From positions 54,808,001 to 54,872,000 of the forward strand of contig OX597830.1 of assembly GCA_951406725.2 (NCBI GenBank): a stretch of DNA of 64,000 nucleotides, given 5' to 3'. This stretch comes from Octopus vulgaris (Eukaryota). Every line of letters starts with the position of its first letter. Position 1 is the first letter of the stretch. Of this stretch, positions 1 to 14,170 are shown piece by piece. The notes below the pieces were generated by a model, which worked only from the letters and a program-made list of their open reading frames with translations, was not told the origin of the DNA and ran no database searches. A program made the position numbers and the translations under genes.

Positions 1-2197
1 TACTCCTCTCTCCCTCTTTGTCTTTAATTTCCTCTCCAAATAGTACTTAGAGATACTGATAAGAGAGTGAAACTTTACAGATGTTGATGAGGGGTTACTT
101 AATAATTTTGATAAAGAGGTGTAACTTTAAAGATGTCAATAAAAGTATAGAGAGGGGCTGGGGTTAGGGGTGTTAGGTCATCACTGGTCTTGTTTTTCCT
201 CTTCACTTCACCGCATATTCATACCTCAATCTCTTTTTCTCTTCTTCATTGATTGATGAAGAGACAGAGGAGAAGGACATCAGTATGTCACTGTTGTGCC
301 ATTTGGGCTAGTGGTGGCACTTCTGTGCCACTGACCACTCTTTGGTCAGTGGTTGTGCTAGTGTAGCTGACCCCGTCTGCTGTTGCATTTGGTTGGGATA
401 TTACCACAGTTATTGTCATTTGTGATGTTTTAATGGCTGTGGTTTTGACAACAAATAGGGGCTGAGGGTTTCCCCATCTTTTGCCTATCTTCAGTACTGT
501 GGGTCTGAATTCACACGTCTGTGCAACAGAATCAGCACAACATAGTCCTCCTACCCTCACCACAATTCTGACTTGATTCTCCCTCTTGAAATAAATTAGA
601 TCAAATATCTTCAAGGGGTTTATAAGGGCGAGTAATTTCCATATTTCTCTCTGAACTTTAAATCAGTTCTGACAGGAGATCATCTTGGACTCAATGACTT
701 AGCCATACTCCTTGAAGCCCCACTACTAGAAAAATTACATCTGTGAGGTAGCACATAATTTATTGTAACATCTGTCTCATTACTCTATGTAGGATACCAG
801 AACACACCCTTCAAAGGAGGATAATATAGATACAAGCCTTCAATGGGACACAAAACCTATGCCAACCTATATTTTCTCTCTTTTTTTTTTCTTTTCATCT
901 TTCACATAGCACCCCATACATTTTTCAGACATTTTCACTTGTATTGGAGAAAACTTACTGATGTGTTTTGGTTTTTGCTAATTAAATTTGTAAAGAATTT
1001 CTGTTTCTCTTTTATATCCACCGCTAGCAAAACAAGCATATCAGGTTAGATAATGCCTGGGTCTTGAAAATTTCTTTATTTACTGACAATTGTTCTGTCC
1101 ATAACTATGTGGATTCAGAGAACAAAAAGGTCTAATTAATGGTGGATTTTCGTAAACAAGATGGCCTTGAGTACACTGTTGTTTATGATGGTGGAGGTAT
1201 TGCTCCTGCTACTAGCTGGTCTAGCGGTCACCTCTGTTGTTGTTGTCATTGTTATCAAGGATGACAGTAACAGTGATTATTATATGGTTAAATGTGGTGG
1301 GACTTTTTTTGGTGAAGAGTATCCTCCCTTGTCCCTTAATGCCGGTGGCACTTAATTAAAAAAATTCTTTTTTGTAAGCAAGATAAATACAAGAACTTTA
1401 AACAATGTTTTACTCCTTAAGGCGATGGAAACCAGGAAATTACCATTCTGTCCTGCTCTCAGGCAAATCTATAAGAAAATGTTCCACAACAATTAAAAGC
1501 ATTAAGTCCTTGTTAGGACAAAACTAACAATCTTATTCACAAAAACCCATAGATCTGCACAATTCCATCATGCTTAGAATATAAAACAAATAATAATAAT
1601 AATAATAATGATCCTTCGTACTAAAAGCACAAGGCCTGAAATTTTTTTGTGGGTGGGGGACTAGTTGGTAACATCGATCTCAGCGTTAATTACTCACAAA
1701 CATATTTCTCCTCATGCCTTTTGAGTACTGAAAGTGTAGCAGACTCAGAATATTTTATGAGAATATGCACTTTCAAGTCTTTTTCAAAATTGCAGCCATT
1801 TGAAGGTAAAATGTTTGGCAAGTTCTGTCGAACTACTGTTATTGTGCCCAGTGTCATATCTGTGCCCATTAAATATTTTGTTTAATTGTTTAATTGTTCT
1901 GTATAGCCAACATAAATCAAGTTGTGTTTGGTGCCTTATGCTGCATACACCAAATGGAAATCTCTGTAATTTTGAATTTCTACGTATCACTTTTCATTTT
2001 GAACTCAACAAAGACAGGCAAGCTTTCGAAATATCGTTCAAACCAATAAGATATCTATTGCAATCACATTACACTCATTGTATTGTATATTTACCTTTAT
2101 GAGGAGTCACAGCAATCCTTTTAAAATATAATAATATAGAAATAATTATAGTAATGATAATAATAATTATTATTATTTGTAATTATTATTAATCGTA

Positions 2198-2275
<78 letters not shown>

Positions 2276-3160
2276 ATTAAGGTGACAAGGTGGCAGACTC
2301 ATTAGCATGCCAGACAAAATGCTTAGCAGTATTTCATCCATCTTTGCATTTTGAGTTCAAATTCTGCCCAGGACAACTTTGCCTTCATCCTTTCGGGGTT
2401 GATAAATTAAGTACCAGTGAAACACTGGTGCGTCAATGTAATTTACTAGTCTCCTCCCCCCAAAACTAAGTTCTTGTGCCTATAGTAGAAAGGATTACAA
2501 TTATTATTTCAATATTTGTTTATTTGTTTCTGGAAAAAAAAAGTGATGGAATTCTCACTTAAATTACAAACCATACATTCGTATTTTGGTGTTGGAAATG
2601 AAGTTTTCTGATCAGAATTTGGTACCTCAAAACCAATATTTCATTTCCTAAGAATTTCAGCACATCACTTAGTAATTTAGTGAAAGAATGGACAGACAGC
2701 ACCTTTGTCCTTTTGCAGTCCCCTCAAGAGTAGGGGCTGGAAAATGGAGACAAAATCATGACTGATAGGTACTTGAAATAGGAAGTCTTTCATTAAAGTA
2801 TTGAATTATTCTTAGACCTGACTTCTGGTTTAAAGGTTTGCAATAAAATGGACTCTGCTAAAGGTTCCCAACAGTCAGGTGGCAGTAGAGGTGGTGGTGG
2901 TGTTAAACTGGACAATGGTTTTAGTCAACTTCTCAAATTTAAAGTTCTTCTGGTGTGTGTGTGAGTATTTTCTTTTTTTTTTATTTTGGTTATTAAAAGA
3001 CAAAATATTCAAGTTCTGCAATGAGTTGTGTTGTTATTAAAAGACTTAATTCCTAAGACAACCGTACCGGAATATATGAACTACTTTACTTATTTCATGG
3101 AAACAAATAGTTTCATATTTTCTCCAAGATTTTCAGAAAATTCAACATACATGTATACAT

Positions 3161-3350
3161 ATATGGCCTGATCAATAAGTATTCAGACTGTTGCCATAGT
3201 AACGAAACTAAAGCACACAGAGTGAAGCTGCTTGGCACAGATTGACCTTGAACTCTGCTGTGCATGCACACTAAGTTTTAAAAGTCTAGCTCACCCCTGC
3301 TGTTTACAGCAGTGCTTGGAAGGAAGATGTGTAGCGTGTGATCATTGCAT
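3161..3350 (+). mobile_element. Possible mariner-type left-end relic
   Basis: Starts TATATGGCCTGATCAATAAGT, similar to mariner TIRs; no partner end found. Confidence 0.35.
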
Positions 3351-3724
3351 TATGAGTTTGATTCCTGGTGGCGTATTATATCCTTGAGCAAGACACTATA
3401 TATTTCATTGCTCCAGTCCATTCAGCTGCAAAGCATGAGTTTTACCTGTAATTGAAAGGGCCAGTCTTGTCATATGCTGTGTCACACTGAATCTCCTCAA
3501 GAGCTACATTCAGGATATGCATATCTGTGGAGTGCTCAGCCACTTGTGCTTTAATTTCACATGTGGTCTCTTTGGTTGATTGGACCAACTGGAACACTTG
3601 TCGTAACCTATGGAGAACCAGGCCACATATATATATGTATGTATGTATACATACATACACATTCATATGTGTGTGTTGTATACATACACATATGAATGTG
3701 TATGTATATATGTGTGCGTGTATT

Positions 3725-4133
3725 TACCCTTTTGACTGCGGCCATGCTGGAGCACTGCCTTTAGTTGAACAAATCGACCCCAGGACTTATTCTGTGTAAG
3801 CCTAGTACTTATTCTATTGGTCTCTTTTGCTGAACTGCTAAGTTACGGGGACGTAACACACCAGCATTGGTTGTCAAGCAATGTTGGGAGGACAAACACA
3901 CACATACACATACATACATGCATACATACACATATATATATATATACATACTTACATATATATACATCATATATATGATGGGCTTCTTTCAGTTTCTGTC
4001 TATCCACTCACAAGGGTTTGGTCTGTCCAAGGCTATAGTAGAAGACACTTGCCCAAGGTGCCTCACGGTGGGACTGGACCCAGAACCATGCAGTTCGTAA
4101 GCAAGCTACTTACCACAAAGCCACTCCTATGCC
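3725..4133 (-). mobile_element. SINE family A (tRNA head, CORE-like segment, internal microsatellite, CR1-type tail)
   Basis: Reverse complement of GGC.CAGGAGTGGCTGTGTGGTAAG…GGCACCTTGGGCAAGTGTC…CAGCATGGCCGCAGTCAAA. Confidence 0.8.
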
Positions 4134-4544
4134 TATGAAAATATATAAAACTAATAGATAAAAATATGAAAAATATATTGTGATTAAACTGGATTTAATA
4201 TTTAATAAACTCTGACTGGTTTAAGAAAAAAAAAAAACAGGAAAACTGCTTTTGTTTTTTCTTTTTTTTTTTTAAATCAGATCTCTTTTCTTTGAAATTT
4301 TTCAATCAATTTTATTTTTGGCCAATTTTTTTTATTTTGGAAAATTGGTTGAAGGAGTGAATTTTGCATTTCAAAGAGTCATTTAAATTTTGTATAATGG
4401 ATTTCTTATTACATTTTCTGTCTGTCTGTTTTATGTCTATATACGTGTGTCAGTCTGTCTCCTTGTACTCTATAAATAGCATCATATGTAAGGGAAAATA
4501 AAGTTAATATCATTTTGCCGAATTTTTTCACCCATTCTCATTAT

Positions 4545-5241
4545 CATCATCATCGTTTAACGTCCACTTTCCATGCTGGCATGGGTTGGATGAATGACTG
4601 AGGGCTGGCAAACCAGATGGCTGCACCAGGCTTCAATCTTGATCTGGCAGAGTTTCTACAGCTGGATGCCCTTCCTAACACCAACCACTCTGAGAAGGTA
4701 GTGGGTGCTTTTTACGTGCCACTGGCACGGAGGCCGGTCAGGTGGTACTGGCAATGACCTCGCTCGAATCTTTTACATATGCCACCAGCACAGGTGCCAG
4801 TAAGAGGATGCTGGTTACAATTACGCTCAAATGATGTCTTTTACGTGCCACCAGCACAGATACCGGATAGCCGCTCTGGCAACGATCACACTTGTACGGT
4901 GCTCTTAATACCCTACTAGCACGGAGCTTGAGTGCCAGTAAGGTGACGCTGGTAACGATTACGCTTGAACGGTGCCTTTTAAGTGCCACTGGCACGGAAG
5001 CCGGTTAGCCGCTCTGTCAATGATTACACTCATATGGTGCTCTTTGCACCCTACTAGCATGGACGTCAGTCATCGAATTTGATTTTGATTTCTGATTTCG
5101 CTTGCCTCAACAGGTTTTCACAAGCAGAGTTTTAGTGTCCAAAGAAGGAAAAGGTATGCATAAGTGGGCTGGTAATGCCCCTGGCATAAGCCATGAGATT
5201 ATGGTCTCATTTGGCTTGCCAGGTCTTCTCACGCACAGCAT
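4545..5241 (-). mobile_element. RTE 3'-UTR-only copy with internal tandem units
   Basis: (CAT)n then the reverse complement of the 16180-16706 UTR, including several GTGCCA…GGCAC units. Confidence 0.75.
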
Positions 5242-6323
5242 AAAAACAAAAGCAGTTCTCCATATTGTTATCATACTAGTGTGTAACAATTAGAAAATAT
5301 CTTTTATTCACTTATTTATTTATTCATACTATTATTATTACAGAGAATAAGGTAGCAAGCTGGTAGAATCTTTAGCATGCCAGGCAAAATGCTTAACTGC
5401 ATTTCATCTATCTTAATGTTCTGAGTTCAAATTCCACCATTGCTGACTTCGCTGGTTAACCTCCAGTGTTTGACCTGTGCAAAAAAAAAAATGAAAAAAA
5501 AATAGTGTAATAGGTGTAAAATAACATGTAGTAAACGAATATGAAAACAAAAATGCATGCTGGTGAACGAGGCGGGTGGGAAGGCGACTTGGAAAATTCC
5601 TATTGGGAGTGTTCCGAGCCCTCTCAATATTTCCCCATTTGTCGGTGCAATTTTTTTCTTCATATTCATTTACTACACATTATTTTACACCGAGTAAACT
5701 TTTATAACAGGGGTGGACTTGGATAATTCACACGATCCAGTAACCCGACTTCTACACCTGGCCACCAAAATAAAAAAAAAAAGAAGAAAAAGTGTAATAG
5801 GTGTGAAATAATGTGTAGTAAACGATTATGAGAAATAAAAAATGGGCACTGGCAAACAGGACAATTCACACGATCTGATTTTTTTCCCTCAAGAAAATGG
5901 ATATTCTTCCCAACCACACATGGTTCCAGGTTCAGTCCCACTGCATGGTACCTTGGGCAAGTGAATTTCCCAAGTCCTCACCCAAACCCCCCTTTGCCAG
6001 ATACTCTAACATAGGAGGGTATCATCTGAAGATAGATTGTAGAATACTGCAATCTATGTGTCTATGTACCAATTTTTCTATTCATCTATATATCTACTGT
6101 CTCTCTCACTTCCTCTCTTTCTCGCTCACTTCCTCTGTGTCCCTCCTCTCTCCCAAGTAAGTCAATAGCATTGACTAATTCTTGACTGGTATTGTTCTAA
6201 GATCAAATCCCACTTTACCTTTTATCCTTTCACGAATGAAAAATACCAGTCAAGAATTAGTCAACGTTATTGATTTACTCCACCCACTCAAAGATGGTGG
6301 CCTTGAGCCAAAAGCAGAAACCA

Positions 6324-6369
<46 letters not shown>

Positions 6370-6370
<1 letters not shown>

Positions 6371-6604
6371 GGTAGTGAGTTGGCAGAATTGTTAGCACAC
6401 TGGACAAAATGCTTCATGGCATTTTTTCTGTCTTTATGTTCTGGGATCAAATTCTACAAAGGCTGACTTTATCTTTCATCCTTTTCAGGGTTGATAAAAT
6501 ACATACCAGTAGAGCATTGGGGTCGATGTAATTGACTCATCCCCTCGATGTAATCAACTAGTTCCTTCCTCAAAGTTTCAGGCCTTGTACCTATAGTAGA
6601 AAGG

Positions 6605-6648
<44 letters not shown>

Positions 6649-7560
6649 CATCACCAGGCAAAATGCTTAGTGGTATTTCATTTGTTGCTATGTTCAGAGT
6701 TCAAATTCTGCTGAGGTCAACTTTGCTTTTCATCTTTTCAGTGTTGATTAAATAAGTACCAGTTACATACTGCGGGAAGGGATTAAGTCCATTACATCAA
6801 CCCCAGTGCGTAACTGGTACTTATTTAATTGACTTAATCTCTTCCCCCAAATTTCAGGCCTTGTGCCTACAGTAGAAAGGATCATCATCATCATCATCAT
6901 CAAGGCTGTGTGGTGGCAGAATCACAGCTACTCAAGACAAAAATGCTTTATGGCATTTCTTCTGGCCCTTTAGCTTCTGAGTTCAAATCCTGCTGAGGTT
7001 AACTTTGCCTTTAAAACTATTGGGGTTGATAAAATAAAGTAGCAGTCAAGTGCTGGGGTTGAAGTAATCAACTTACCGTTGCTCCTAAAATCACTTGCTT
7101 TGCACCAAAATTTGATGCCATTATTATTATGTTCCATCCTAAGGTAGCAAGCTGGCAGAGTAGTTAACATGCTGAGCATCATGTTTGGTGGTATTTCGTC
7201 TGGCGGCGAGCTGGCAGAACCGTTAGCACGCCGGGTGAAATGCGTAGCCGTATTTCATCTGCCGTTGCGTTGAGTTCAAATTCTGCCGAGGTCAACTTTG
7301 CCTTTCATCCTTTCGGGGTCAATTAAATAAGTACCAGTTACGCACTGGGGTCGATATAATCGACTTAATCCGTTTGTCTGTCCTTGTTTGTTCTTTCTGT
7401 GTTTAGCCCCTGTCTGTCTTTAATCTCTGCATTCAAATTCCACCAAGCTCAACTTTGCCTGTCGTCTATTTAGGGTCCATAGGACAGATACAGTTGATGT
7501 AACTGACTCGTCCCCTGCCCCAAACTTTCAGGCCTTGTTCCTGTAGCAGAAAGAATTATA
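6370..7560 (+). mobile_element. Pile of tandem and nested family-B SINEs
   Basis: Repeated GAGCTGGCAGAA…GAGTTCAAATTC…CTTTCATCC…GTACCAG units separated by (ATT)n or (CAT)n. Confidence 0.75.
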
Positions 7561-8046
7561 TTCTTTGTGTACTTGTCAATATAGACAGCAAACATGTTTA
7601 CTGTAAATTTATTTGAAACTTGTAATAAAATGAAGTCAGAACATTGCTTCTTTTTCTTTAATATTCTTTGTATGCTTCTAAATTTGCAGGAATGATATTA
7701 AAGAAACTTTTTTTATGGTTCAGTATTAACTTTTATATATGACTTAAAGTGAAAAAATTTAGCTATTTGCTGGAAAATGGTCAGGTTTTATTAACTCTTT
7801 CACAGTGAAATTAAATTTTATGGTTATTTCAGTAAAGATGTTCAATACAGGTATGGGTGTGGTTATCTGGTAAGAACTATGTTTCCAATCACACGATTCC
7901 AGGTTCAGTCCTTGGGAAAATATCTTCTGCTATAACCCTTGGCTGACCAAAGCCGTGTGAATAGATTTGGTAGACCGAAACTGAAAAAAAGCCCATAATT
8001 ATATATATGTTTGTGTGTGTGTGTATAGTTTATTTTTGTCCCTCAC

Positions 8047-8550
8047 CATCATCATCATCATCATCATCATCATCATTGTTTAACATCCGTTTTCCGTGCT
8101 AGCACAGGTTGGACGGTTCGAGTGGGGTCTGGGAAGCCAGGAGGCTGCACCAGGCTCCAGTCTGATCTGGCAGTGTTTCTACAGCTGGATGCCCCTCCTA
8201 ATGCCAACCACTCCATGAGTGTAGTGGATGCTTTTTATGTGTCACCGGCACAGGTGCCAGGAGAGGTTGGCAGCGGCCATGATCAGTTGGTGCTTTTTAT
8301 GTGCCACTGACACAGAAGCCAGTTAAGGAGGTGCTGGCATCGGCCACATCCGAATGGTGCTTTTTACATGCCACCGGCACAGGGATCGCAGCTACGATTT
8401 CCATTTAATATTTATTTTGATGTTGATGTACTTGACTCAATAGGTCTCCTCAAGCACAGCAGGTCATGTGCCACTGGCACAGAAGCCAGTCAAGGTGGCG
8501 CTGGCATCGGCCACGTTTGGATGGTGCTTTTTACGTGCCTCTGGCACAGG
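8047..8550 (-). mobile_element. RTE 3'-UTR-only copy inserted in a family-A SINE
   Basis: Same UTR motifs; family-A SINE halves lie at ~7850-8045 and ~8560-8720. Confidence 0.7.
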
Positions 8551-9165
8551 ATAATGAGTATTGGTTTGTTTACATCCCCATAGCTTAGTAATTCAGCATA
8601 AGAGAGCAATACTAGACTTCAAAAAATGTATTGGAGTCGATTCATTTAAGTAAAGCCCTTCAAGGCAGTGCCCCAGTATGGCTGCAGTTCAGTGACTGAA
8701 GCAAGTACAAAATAAAAGATATCTTCTAAAAGAACAGAATCCGTATTTTCTGCAAGTCCTGTTGCCCCAATAGACTTGACATATCTCAACAAAAATAATT
8801 TCAAACATGACATTCCTCAATTAAAGATCAATTGGAGTATAAAACTGCTTTCTGTGATTAAGGGTCATGAAATGCTGAGTGGATATGTCAATTCTGCAGC
8901 AAAGAGACTAAATCTATTAATTCACTTTTTACTACTTTTTGAAAACATCATGTGGCTAATTAAGCTTATTCTGGAAGTACTTATTTTTGCCATGTGCTGT
9001 TTCAAAATATTTTATTTATTCTTCTGTTGAGATGCTCATAAAAAAAGATCAAATAACAGACATTTTCAATTTGATAATTGTCATTACAAAAGGTGGAATG
9101 TTCTCTAAACAGAAGATTAGTGTTAACAGCTGTTAAATTTAATCCTCTAGCATTTAAACCAGCTA

Positions 9166-9520
9166 TCATCATCATTATCATCATCACCGTTTAACATCTG
9201 CTTTCCATGCTAGCATGGGTTGGATGATTTCACGGAGGATTATCGAACCAGATGGCTGAACCTGGCTCCAATCTGATCTGGCAGAGTTTCTACAGCTGGA
9301 TGCCCTTCCTAACGCCAACCACTCTGAAAGTGTAGTGGGTGCTTTTACTTGCCACTGGCACGAGGACTAGTCAGGCGGTACTGGCAATGGCCATGCTCAA
9401 ATGGTGCCTTTTATGTGCCACCTGCACAGTCCAGCTGCACTGGCAACAACCTCGCTCAAATGTTTTTTCACGTGCCACCAGCACAAGTGCCAGTAAGGCC
9501 ACCGGCATGGAAGCCAATTT
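9166..9520 (-). mobile_element. RTE 3'-UTR-only copy
   Basis: (CAT)n, CTACAGCTGGATGCCCTTCCTAACGCCAACC, tandem units. Confidence 0.7.
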
Positions 9521-9599
9521 GTTGCTATAGAACAAGATATGACCAGTCATTACAAATGCCTGACAAACTGTTGAAGAGTTCAATTATTCTTCCCATCTC

Positions 9600-9950
9600 T
9601 TAATCACTTCAATTTATTGATTGCCATAACATATTGATCATCTTATTGTATTGGTCATTATTGATTATTCTAAAATTTATTGACCACCTTAATGTATTGA
9701 TTTTTATTGGTTACTATAATGTATTGATTGCCTTCATGTATTGGTTGTCTCAATGTATTGATTGCCCTAATATTTTGATCATCTTGTTTATTGATCATGT
9801 TGATATATTGATCACACTGAGATATTGATTCTTATTGTCATCCTTTGTATTGATGACATTAATATATTGATCCCTCAGTTGTTAGTCACTTACTATATTA
9901 TTGATCACTACATATATTGATTATCTATTGCATTGATCACCTCATCTATC
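9600..9950. repeat. Degenerate minisatellite built on (G/A)TATTGAT(C/T)
   Basis: TATTGAT/TATTGG motif recurs roughly every 20 bp, more than a dozen times. Confidence 0.65.
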
Positions 9951-10528
9951 AACATTTCTTTTCACATCCCATTTAAATTCATTTGTAAAAATATTTAAAA
10001 TATTAATTAGTAAAATAAAAACATAACTTTTATCTGTGTTTTTACTTCTTTGAAAAATGTTTATTTTCATTTTTGCTTAAATGTCAAGATCTGAATTGTA
10101 GATAAAGACGAATGAGCTGTGATGATCATGCCTTTCCAATATTTATTTCATAAATATCAATTGGCTTTAACCAAGGATTGAAATCTCATTGCTATCTTGG
10201 CCAGTACTCCTTACCCTTGGCTCATTCAATTTCAGCTGGTTCTGATTCGACAGAATCACCGGAGCCCCAGGTTAGCTATTCCAATCTTTACTTTCACTAC
10301 TTCTCCATGTTTTGAGTTTCAAATCCTGCTGGAATCAACTTTACTTTTTATCAATCTGTGGTCAATAATGTCAACAGAAATTGTTTTTGTTTTTTTTTAT
10401 AAAATTTTGTCTCAGACAAAGCTTGAGGCCACCGTAGCATAAAGAGCCACAAAGAAGGAGAAGAAGGGGGTTCACAAAATGTGTATATATGCGTGTGCGT
10501 GTGTGTGTCACACACACACACACACACA

Positions 10529-10929
10529 GGTGCAGGCATGACCGTGTGGTAAGAAGCTTGCTTATGAACCACATGGCTCCAGGTTCAGTCCCACTGCATG
10601 GCACCTTGGGCAAGTGTCTTCTACTATAGCCTTGGGCCAACCGAAGCCTTGTGAGTGGATTGGTAGACGGAAACTGAAAGAAGCCCATCATGTGTGCGTG
10701 TGTGTGTGTGTGTGTGTGCGTGCGCGCGCGCGCGCACGCGTGTGTGTTTGTCTCCCACCACCAGTTGATAACCGATGTTGGTGTTTACATTTCCGGTTCA
10801 GCAAAAGAAACTGATCGAATAAGTACTAGGCTTTAAAAAACTTAGTCCTGGGGGTCCATTTGTTCGACTAAAAGACCTTCAAGATGGTCTCCCAGCATCA
10901 CTGCAGTCAAATGACTGAAACAAGTAAGA
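10529..10929 (+). mobile_element. SINE family A
   Basis: Pol III A/B-box-like head, internal (TG)n, CAGTCAAATGACTGAAACAAGTAA tail. Confidence 0.8.
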
Positions 10930-10948
10930 TATATATACATATATATAT

Positions 10949-10993
<45 letters not shown>

Positions 10994-11734
10994 ATACCGG
11001 TCTTTTGGTAATTCTGGACTTTTGGAAGTTTATAGAAACCGTTATAAACTAAAAATGATGACAAAAAAAAAGGGATCCAAGACAAAAGTGAGCTCTATAA
11101 ATTAGATCACTGAAAATAAACTACTTGTTAATTTTTGTAGGCTTTTTAAAACCATCTTTAAAACCATCTTGTTCCTACCGCAGGTAAATTAAGTTAAGGG
11201 AGGTAACTCTATAATATTCATGAAGTGTTATCTCCCTTGCAATCATCTTCTAGCCAATTTTATTTAACGTGCCTTGCTTTTTTTGGCTCTTATTTCTCGC
11301 AGCTTGAGCAATCATCTCCGTCATAAAATGGGGGGGGGGGGAGAGATTAATTTAATATGATGAGCTGAGGTCACAAGAGCATCAGTAGAAGTGTCAGAGA
11401 GAAGAGACACAGTAAGTCTGTGAGTCAATTATTGGAGAACAACAATCACCTACCTGTTTTGCCCCACAGTGGGTTTATACAGGACAATTTTTCCATGGTT
11501 TGGGGGAACCATGCACATAACAAAACACAGTTAAAGGTATAATATATATTTCTATTATTACGTATAAAGAGCATAATATACAAGATAATAATTACATTTG
11601 CATTCATCATCATCATCATTATCATCATTGTTTAACACTGTTGATTGCCAATTACGAGTTATCTCATACCTGGCAAGTATTACAATTTTGCCAGGTATGA
11701 GCATACTCGTAGAGGTCTATTTTATTGTTGTTTC

Positions 11735-12035
11735 TTTGTTCCTTCTTAAGCCATGCCTGGCTCATAAGGGCTGGTTTCCCGGTTTCCTTGGCGTATAGGT
11801 TCCCCACCTGGACGGGACACCAGTCCGTCGCAGGTGAGCTGCAAGATGCAGGAGGAAAGAGTGAGAGAAAGTTGTGGCGAAAGAGTCAGCAGAAGTTTTG
11901 CCATTACCTTCTGCTGGAGCCGCATGGAGCTTAGGTGTTTTGCTCATAAACACACACATCGCTCGGTCTGAGATTCCAACTCGCAATCCCTCGACCGCAA
12001 GTCCACTGCTCTAACCACTAGGCCTTGTGCCTCCA
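11735..12035 (-). mobile_element. SINE related to family C (shared head and body, different 3' end)
   Basis: GGAAAGAGTGAGAGAAAGTTG…GGAGCTTAGGTGTTTTGCTCATAAACACACAC shared with family C. Confidence 0.65.
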
Positions 12036-12258
12036 CCTATTTTATTATATTATTAAAATGAACTGGTGTCTGGAACTAACATTGTGAATGTGTTGTGGTA
12101 ACACTAAAGACACCCTTTATTTGCCCAATGATATGAGTTAACTTATATCATGGAACCTGCCAGGAAATATAATTGGTAAAGCATCTATATATATATCAGG
12201 TATAAGAAAAAAATATTTCCTTTATCATTTATTGCAATTTTTTACATTCGGGTTGTAA

Positions 12259-12657
12259 TCTTTATATATAAAAGTCAAGTTGTGTGTCTGTCTCCCACGA
12301 TTTAGATTCCTAACTACTCCAACATTTTGCGGTGCAGTGTAACCAAAAGCGGGTATCTTATAGTCGTGATTCATATCGAGCCCTTCTGGGAATTAGCGCG
12401 CGTCTACGATGAGTCTACGATTTTAAAAATAATTTACCATCATTTTTTTCCATTTTAATGCATATTTTTCACTATTATATAAGGGAAGTAACTCTCTAAA
12501 AATGCCTACGATGAGTCAACGATTTAAAAAAAAATTTACCATAATTTTTTTTCCATTTTTAATGCATTTTTTTTGCTATTTTTGGCTATAACTCTCTAAA
12601 AAGGCTTATATAGTTATTTCCCTTACAAACCCGAGTAACGCCGGGTGATACTGCTAG
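12259..12657 (+). mobile_element. Non-autonomous Helitron
   Basis: A|TC start (TCTTTATATATAAAAG), subterminal hairpin CCCG…CGGG, CTAG|T end, no TSD; internal ~100-bp tandem duplication. Confidence 0.85.
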
Positions 12658-13903
12658 TAGCATATAAAAGTTTAATTCCTCTAAATTGAAATACATTATA
12701 ACGTGAAAAATTGAGCATAAAGAGAAAAAAGGAATGTAAAAATATACACAGGCGCAGGAGTGGCTGAGTGCTTACCAACCACATGGTTCTGGGTTCAGTC
12801 CCACTGCATCGCACCTTGGGCAAGTGTCTTCTACTATAGCTCCGGACCGACCAAAGCCTTATGAGTGGATTTGGAAGACGGAAACTGAAAGAAGCCACTC
12901 CTATGCCATATATATAATGTAAAGCGGCAATGTGGTAGAATTGTTACTGCACTGGGTAAAATGCTTTGTGGCATGTCACCCATCTTTACATTCTGAGATC
13001 AGTTTCTGCAACAGGCAGCTTTACCTTTTGTTCTTTGAGGGTCAGAAAATAAGTACTATTTGAGCACTAGGGTTGATGTAATCAACTTAGCCCCTCCCAC
13101 AAAATTGCTGGCCTTGTGCCAAAATTTGAAATAAATATGTATCAATGTAACCAAGATGGTGAGCTGGCAGAATTGTTAGTGTGCTGGGCAAAATGCCTAG
13201 AGGCATTTCATATCTTGACATTCTGGGTTCAAATGCCATCAGGGTCAACTTTGCTTTAATCCTTTCAGGGTTGATAAGATAAGGACCAGTTGAGCACTGG
13301 GGTTGATTTATCTGACTTAGCTTCTCCCCAAACATTGCTGGTCTTGTGTCAAAATTTGAAACCAATCTATATTACTCAATTTTAAAGATATCTTCTTTCT
13401 GTGCTGCCTGGTACCAAATGATCCACAACCTGGTATTGGTCTGCAGCTTGGTGATCGAGAAATCTCTGTTGTAGGGAACACTAATTACAGATACAAGGAA
13501 GATGACATTATAGGACAGCCTTAATTAGGATTAATTGCTTAATTAATGTCAAGTGCATAGGATTTCAAATGAAAGAAGGGGTGGCTCAATAACTTATGTC
13601 CCATGTAACAGAATAGTATTTCTCTGGATAGGGATCCAATTCTCATTGGCTTAGTTTACCAAAATGTCAACTGGAACTATGTCATGGTACAGCGCATTGC
13701 CACTAAATGATAGCAACACATATATTGACACATGTAAACAAGCACACACACACACACACACACATTTATAAGTTCTATGCATTCATGCACATATACCTAC
13801 ATATCTATACACATTCACATGCACACATACATGCACTATTATATTCACTTATGTGTAAACACCTATTTTCTCACCATGCACACACACACACACACACACA
13901 CAT

Positions 13904-13940
<37 letters not shown>

Positions 13941-14035
13941 CATACACACACATATGCACACACACATCTATACACATACGCATGTTCATGTACACAAGCA
14001 CACTCTATAACAGTGCATTATAAATGTTATTACAT

Positions 14036-14168
14036 CCTTTTAAGGCCCTCATGCTTTCCGAAATCCGCCGAAACTACACCTGATTATACATACACTTTAG
14101 ATGAGTTGTAGTGCACCTGAGCACTGTACACAATGTTTTTATTATTATTATTATTATTTTTATTATTA
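14036..14168 (+). mobile_element. Very short 3' fragment related to the 46105-46593 LINE family
   Basis: FKALMLSEIRRNYT* versus FKTSMLPEICQHYT*; shared GTGCACCTGAGCACTGTA and (ATT)n tail. Confidence 0.7.
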
Positions 14169-14170
14169 CA

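Noticed and set aside
1-1500. Possible decayed LINE ORF1/gag-like sequence on the minus strand (degenerate Cys-knuckle near 500-560)
   Set aside because: Too many stops and frameshifts to support by eye; needs a profile search.
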